Shown one piece after another: positions 57,579-64,000 of a stretch of DNA of 64,000 nucleotides (positions are counted from its first letter, which is position 1; each line of letters opens with the position of its first letter). Position numbers and translations under genes: made by a program. Source of the DNA: an uncultured Acidobacteriota bacterium (GTDB lineage: Bacteria; Acidobacteriota; JAQAZP01); assembly GCA_963836075.1 (NCBI GenBank), contig CAWIIB010000001.1, forward strand, positions 160,001 through 224,000, in the 5' to 3' direction. The notes below the pieces were generated by a model, which searched no databases, was not told where the DNA came from, and saw only the letters and a program-made list of their open reading frames with translations.

Positions 57579-59302
57579 CTATTCTGTCGTTCCCACCACC
57601 GGCAGCTGGACGGTGAAGGTGGTTCCCTCGCCCTCGACGCTCTGCACGTCGATGCTGCCGCCGATCTTGGCCACCATGCTGAAGGTGATGGAAAGCCCGA
57701 GACCGGTGCCGTAGCCCTTCTTGGTGGTGAAGAATGGCTCGAATATGTGTTTCAGGTTTTCTTCGGATATCCCGGACCCGTTGTCCGCAATGCTGATCCC
57801 GACCAGGCCAGGTTCGGGTTCGTTCATGCTGATCTCGATCTGGCCGCCGTCATCCACGGCGGCAAAGGCGTTGTTGATGATGTTGAGAAAGATCTGCTGC
57901 AGCTGCCGGCGGTCGCTTTCGATGGCCGGCAGGTCGCCGGGAACATTGAAGCTGACCTCGATGTCGCGGTGCAGCGCCGACTTGCCGAGGAAACTCGAGC
58001 ACTTCCTTGAGCAGCAGTTCGAGATTGATCATCTCCGTCCGGGCTTCACGCTGGCGGGCGAAGCCCAGCAGGCGGTGGGTGATGGCGCTGCAGCGCTCCA
58101 CCGACCTGATGATCGAATCGACGATGCCGTGGAATTTCTCGTTCAGCGGGTGATCACTGGACATCTGCACCAGGTCGTTGAGCAGCCCCGCTTTCTCGTT
58201 GATGATGGCCAGCGGGTTGTTGATCTCGTGGGCCACTCCGGCGGCCAGCCGTCCGATGGTGGCCATCTTGTTGGTGTATTCCATGTTGTGAAACACTGTC
58301 GCCCGTTTGACGTCCGCCGCCCTGAGCCGGCTGACCATGTAGTTCGAGCCCCAGAAGATGACCCCCAGGATCAGCAGGGAACTCAGTGCGGTGAAGATGA
58401 TCAACTCGCTGCGCAGGTTGAGCCAGTTGCCCATGATCGCCTCCGGCCGTTTGATCAGCAGGAAGATGAAGGAAGTGCTCTCGATGTAGGCGTAGCCGAG
58501 AATCAGCGGGCGGCCCCGTTCGTCCAACTGCTCGATCACCTCCACCTTCACCGAGTAGGGCGGAACCTCCAGCGGGAAACGGTCCAGCACGTCGCCGTAG
58601 ATCCGTGATGGGCTCTGCAGCACACCCTTGCGGTTGATCAGGAAGGCGTCGCTGGAGGGCCGGTCGCTGAGATGGAGAATCTGGTCGTTGAGCATCTCGG
58701 TGTCAATGGTGGCCCGCAGGATGTGGTAGGTCCGCGGGCCGGTCTCGTGTTTCACCGCGACGACAAAGTGCGGGATTTTGCGAAAGCCCTTGAAGACGTT
58801 GCTGACATAGACGCCACGGAGGGAGACCTCGCGGAACCATTGCTGGTCGGCGTAGTTGATCCCCTCCAGCTCGTACGGGCCCGACGTAGGAGCACTGGTT
58901 GCCGGCGTCGTCGATAAGTCCGAGATCGACAAAACCACCGCCGAAGGAATTCTTGAGATTGCTGAAGATCTCCTCCAGCAGCTGCTGGTCGCACAGCTCG
59001 TCAAAGGACTTGTCGTTAATGATCATTTTCAGCGCCGAGCGCCGCTGGGAGAGGAAGAACTCAAGCGAGCGCTTGGTGTTGGAGGTGAGCAGCGAGATGG
59101 GGTGGATCAGGTCGGCGCGGTAGGCCCGTTTGTACTGGTGGTAGTTGAGGACGGCGAGCACAATCAGCGGGGCGAGAGCGACGATGCAGGTGGAGAGGGC
59201 CACGGCCTTGAACAGACGGCGGTAGCGGTCCCGGGAATGCCCGGCATCCTCGGGCGGCTGTCCGATGGCAGTGGTCTGCTGCTGTGCAGCCGGTTGGATC
59301 AT
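57579..59302 (-). CDS. Membrane sensor histidine kinase with Cache-like sensor; two apparent +1 frameshifts (about 58878 and 57992)
   Basis: Three track ORFs join after deleting one base each: ...SYVGP|YELEG... and ...EVLEF|LGKSALHRD...; AHEINNPL, NIINNA, DNGSGI, FEPFFTTK and GTGLGL are all intact. Confidence 0.8.
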
Positions 59303-59333
59303 GGCTCTCCTCGATCGGCGGGCGTTCCCCTGA

Positions 59334-60579
59334 TCAGGATGAGGAAGCGTCCCCACTTTTCCGATCCCCGGCTTCCAGCACCTTCTGGTTCGCCGCCTTC
59401 ATCGTTGCGGCCAGCACGTCGATGTCGGCCGGTTTCTGCAGGTAGGCGAAGGCACCCAGCTCCAGGGCCAGGTTCTGCTCGGCGTCGGAGCCGTGGCCGG
59501 AGAGGATGATCACCTCCACATCCGGGTGAAGCGTTTTTCACCCGCCGCAGCACTTCGAGGCCGTCCAGGCCGGGCATCTTCAGGTCGAGGACCATCACGC
59601 TTGGCGGGTCGGACTGCAGCATGGTCAAGGCCTGCTCGCCGTCGTAGGCCACGGCGGTATCGAGATTCCTCGTCTGCAGGCGCTCGGACAGGGTGTGCAC
59701 GAATTCCCGCTCGTCGTCCACCAGCAGCACCCGGGAGGGCATGTCGACATCGAGGCGGGGATAGATCTTCGGCTGGTCCTTCATGAAATTGTGCCCCAGA
59801 CGGGTCTCCACGCCGCTGACACCCTCGATGGAGCCGGCCAGGCTGACCAGCTCCTTTTCCAGGCGCTTGAGACGCAGGACATATTTGTTGATTGTTACGG
59901 TCACGCGGCCGCTCTCGCAGCCGACATCGACATCGTGTCCCTTCTCGGCCAGCACTACATTGACCCGTGCAGCCAGGGTGAAGTCCTCCAGCGCCTGATC
60001 CACGCCAGGGGTGCGGAGCAGCGCCGGGTTGCCAAGGTTCTCCAGGATCAGGGCCAGCGCTTCTTGCACAGTGGTCTCGTTCATCGGCAGCAGCATGTCG
60101 TGCAGCGACCGGTCCCAGGGGGGGAGGTGGTGGAACCGTTGGGACCAGCGGGACAGTTCGGTATCCTCCTGCTGCAGTTGCTCCCGGGCATCCCTGGTGG
60201 ACTGCCCGCCCTGCTCGGCCCGGCTGAGCCGATACTGCTTGTTGGCAGCCAGTCCGACCCGCAACACGTGGGTCAGGCTGCGGGGGAGCATCAAAGCGGC
60301 GGGGCCGAGGAGCACCACCTGGTCCCCGAGCATGACCTCGGAGAGGGCCGATCTGAGGTAGGCCGTACCGCGCTCCTGGTTGTGGCCGACGTTGTCGAAG
60401 AAGGTGGGGGTGCCCTGGACCAGCCGTTCCAGTTTCTCGGCGGGGAAGGCGTGTTTCTCCGCGGCGGCCCGGATCAGGGCCGGGGTGTCGGTGAGCCGGC
60501 AGCCCAGCTCCCGGGCGACTTGAGTGGCCACCTCTTCGCCACTGCAGTGGGAGGCGCTGAGAATGCTGATCGCTGACAT
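59334..60579 (-). CDS. Cytidylate-kinase-like + BON-like + receiver fusion; apparent +1 frameshift near 59536
   Basis: N-terminal NMP-kinase-like fold with degenerate P-loop (SASHCSGEEVA), V..ESG.VTV...IEGV.GV module, C-terminal REC completed (VKTLHPDVEVIILSGHG..QKP) after removing one A. Confidence 0.72.
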
Positions 60580-60671
60580 GGGCTCACCTCGACTGGAGTC
60601 CGGTCCCCGGTTGAGCCGGGATTATAGCAGATGGGCCGATCCGCTGAAAAGCGGGGCCGCGGCGGAGGCGG

Positions 60672-61250
60672 TCATTTGAAACAGTCCTCGCAGTTCGGGC
60701 CGGCTTCGGCGCAGCAGCGGATGACGTCCGCCACCTCCTCGAACACGTCGGAGAGGCGAAGAATCCCGATCACTTTGCCCTTGCGGGTGACGATGGTGGA
60801 ATAGTCGTGGGTCATCACCAGCATGTGGATCGCCTCGGTGATCGGCGAGTTTTCGTCGATGCCGTCCTCGATGGGGATCATCGCGTCGCGGACCTTGATC
60901 TTGGCCGCGTCCCGGCACATCCGGCTGAGGTCTCCGGAGAAAAGGGAGAGGCCGCTGGAGAGACGCTGGATAAAGTCGGCCTTCAGGCCGGCCCGGGCCA
61001 GGGACTGGACATCCTTCTCGCACAGCAGCTTCGGTTCCAGGCTGCGGATGATGGCCCAGTGGCTGAGCTTGCCCACCACCTGGCCTTGCGGGTCGAGGGC
61101 CAGCACCGCCCGGTGGTGGTGCCGGTTGTTGTCCAGGCCCATCTGAGCGTTGCTCAAGGCGGCCAGCGCTTCGAGGATGGTGGCGTCGCGCGAGACGGTG
61201 GCATACTCGTCGAGCGAGAGCATCAGATCCTTGACCTTTTTTTCTTCCAC
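60672..61250 (-). CDS. CBS-domain pair protein
   Basis: VKDLM, A.LEAL, V.D..G.VVG.L, VRDAM, VIGILRLSDVF. Confidence 0.82.
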   Translation of the reverse strand: MEEKKVKDLMLSLDEYATVSRDATILEALAALSNAQMGLDNNRHHHRAVLALDPQGQVVGKLSHWAIIRSLEPKLLCEKDVQSLARAGLKADFIQRLSSGLSLFSGDLSRMCRDAAKIKVRDAMIPIEDGIDENSPITEAIHMLVMTHDYSTIVTRKGKVIGILRLSDVFEEVADVIRCCAEAGPNCEDCFK

Positions 61251-61353
61251 GGGACTCTCTCCTTGCTGTTCATCGGTTGGAACACCGGGCCCGTCAGGTC
61301 CGGTGCAAAACAGTATATCAGGAATCGTGGAGAGGCGTGATGCCGCCAGGCAT

Positions 61354-61380
61354 AAAAAAAGCGCCGGGAGATCCCGGCGC
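61354..61380 (-). terminator. Intrinsic terminator after hppA
   Basis: GCGCCGGGA-ga-TCCCGGCGC hairpin with A7 on its left (U7 on the minus strand). Confidence 0.8.
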
Positions 61381-61408
61381 CTCTCGAATGCTCAGCTCCG
61401 CCCGCTCT

Positions 61409-63625
<2,217 letters not shown>

Positions 63626-63743
63626 GATTTCTTCCTCCTCGGTTCGCCACACGAAAATCCCGTGACCAGCGGGCCTCCGGGACCCCAATGCTGCCAGCAC
63701 TTGCGGCTCGCAGCCTCCCCCTCCTCAGGACCGAATCGCGGGT

Positions 63744-63771
63744 ATCATACACAAGATTCGCCGCTTGACAA
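63744..63771 (-). promoter_or_regulatory. Putative hppA promoter
   Basis: Minus strand TTGTCA-N16-TATGAT preceded by TGTG. Confidence 0.5.
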
Positions 63772-63878
63772 ATTTTTTGAGGAAGTTCTTTCGCCGCCCC
63801 CTGCCCGGGGGCCCGGCAGCGCGGTTTTGGGCCGAGGCCGGAACCGCGGCAACCCCGGTGGGGGGCGTCACCGATTGC

Positions 63879-63908
63879 TTGAGCCCTCACGAGGTCCTCT
63901 GATATACT
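63879..63908 (+). promoter_or_regulatory. Putative promoter for a divergent gene beginning at the window edge
   Basis: TTGAGC-N18-TATACT with TG extension; an open frame from ATG 63940 runs off the window end. Confidence 0.4.
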
Positions 63909-64000
63909 GCCCCGCTCTTCCGTGGATCCCTGCTGGATCATGGAAACAGAGGCACTTCCGGCCCGCCGTCGGGCCGGGCGAGAGGGATCGAAGATGCAGT

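Noticed and set aside
55557-58010. 817-aa plus-strand ORF, and similar long antisense ORFs at 31015-33021, 7436-8704, 11769-13055, 33083-34375 and 41917-43167
   Set aside because: They mirror well-supported genes on the opposite strand, carry no motifs, and are expected from high-GC codon bias.
57990-59540. Programmed ribosomal frameshifting in the kinase and receiver genes
   Set aside because: No slippery heptamer or stimulatory structure; all are +1 insertions in 3-5 nt runs, matching sequencing error.

Overview
GC-rich bacterial chromosomal window, inferred to be Acidobacteriota-like from an Acidobacterial-type VWA-domain gene and a DUF4388-DnaJ-TPR gene. It is mostly core genome: partial nadB, RNase P RNA, aroB, the TPR-lolB-like-ispE-tRNA-Gln-prs-rplY-pth-rpsF-rpsR-DUF2232-rplI block, ssb, dtd, xerD, a tRNA nucleotidyltransferase, metK, hemC, ahcY and a K+-dependent membrane pyrophosphatase. 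Accessory blocks: (i) a five-gene glycosylation module directly after rplI; (ii) an orphan Zn-finger/pseudopilin plus prepilin pair; (iii) a minus-strand glycan locus led by OM barrel, LolA-like and SGNH-dockerin genes; (iv) a degenerate hybrid kinase plus diguanylate cyclase; (v) a CBS / CMP-kinase-like-BON-REC / HK / REC / HisKA-only / REC / DASS-transporter operon with no DNA-binding output, which is the best candidate for an uncharacterised system. Four single-base insertions in short homopolymers break otherwise intact genes and look like sequencing errors. No CRISPR array, rRNA, IS element or prophage was seen. All product calls come from motif recognition by eye, without database searches.
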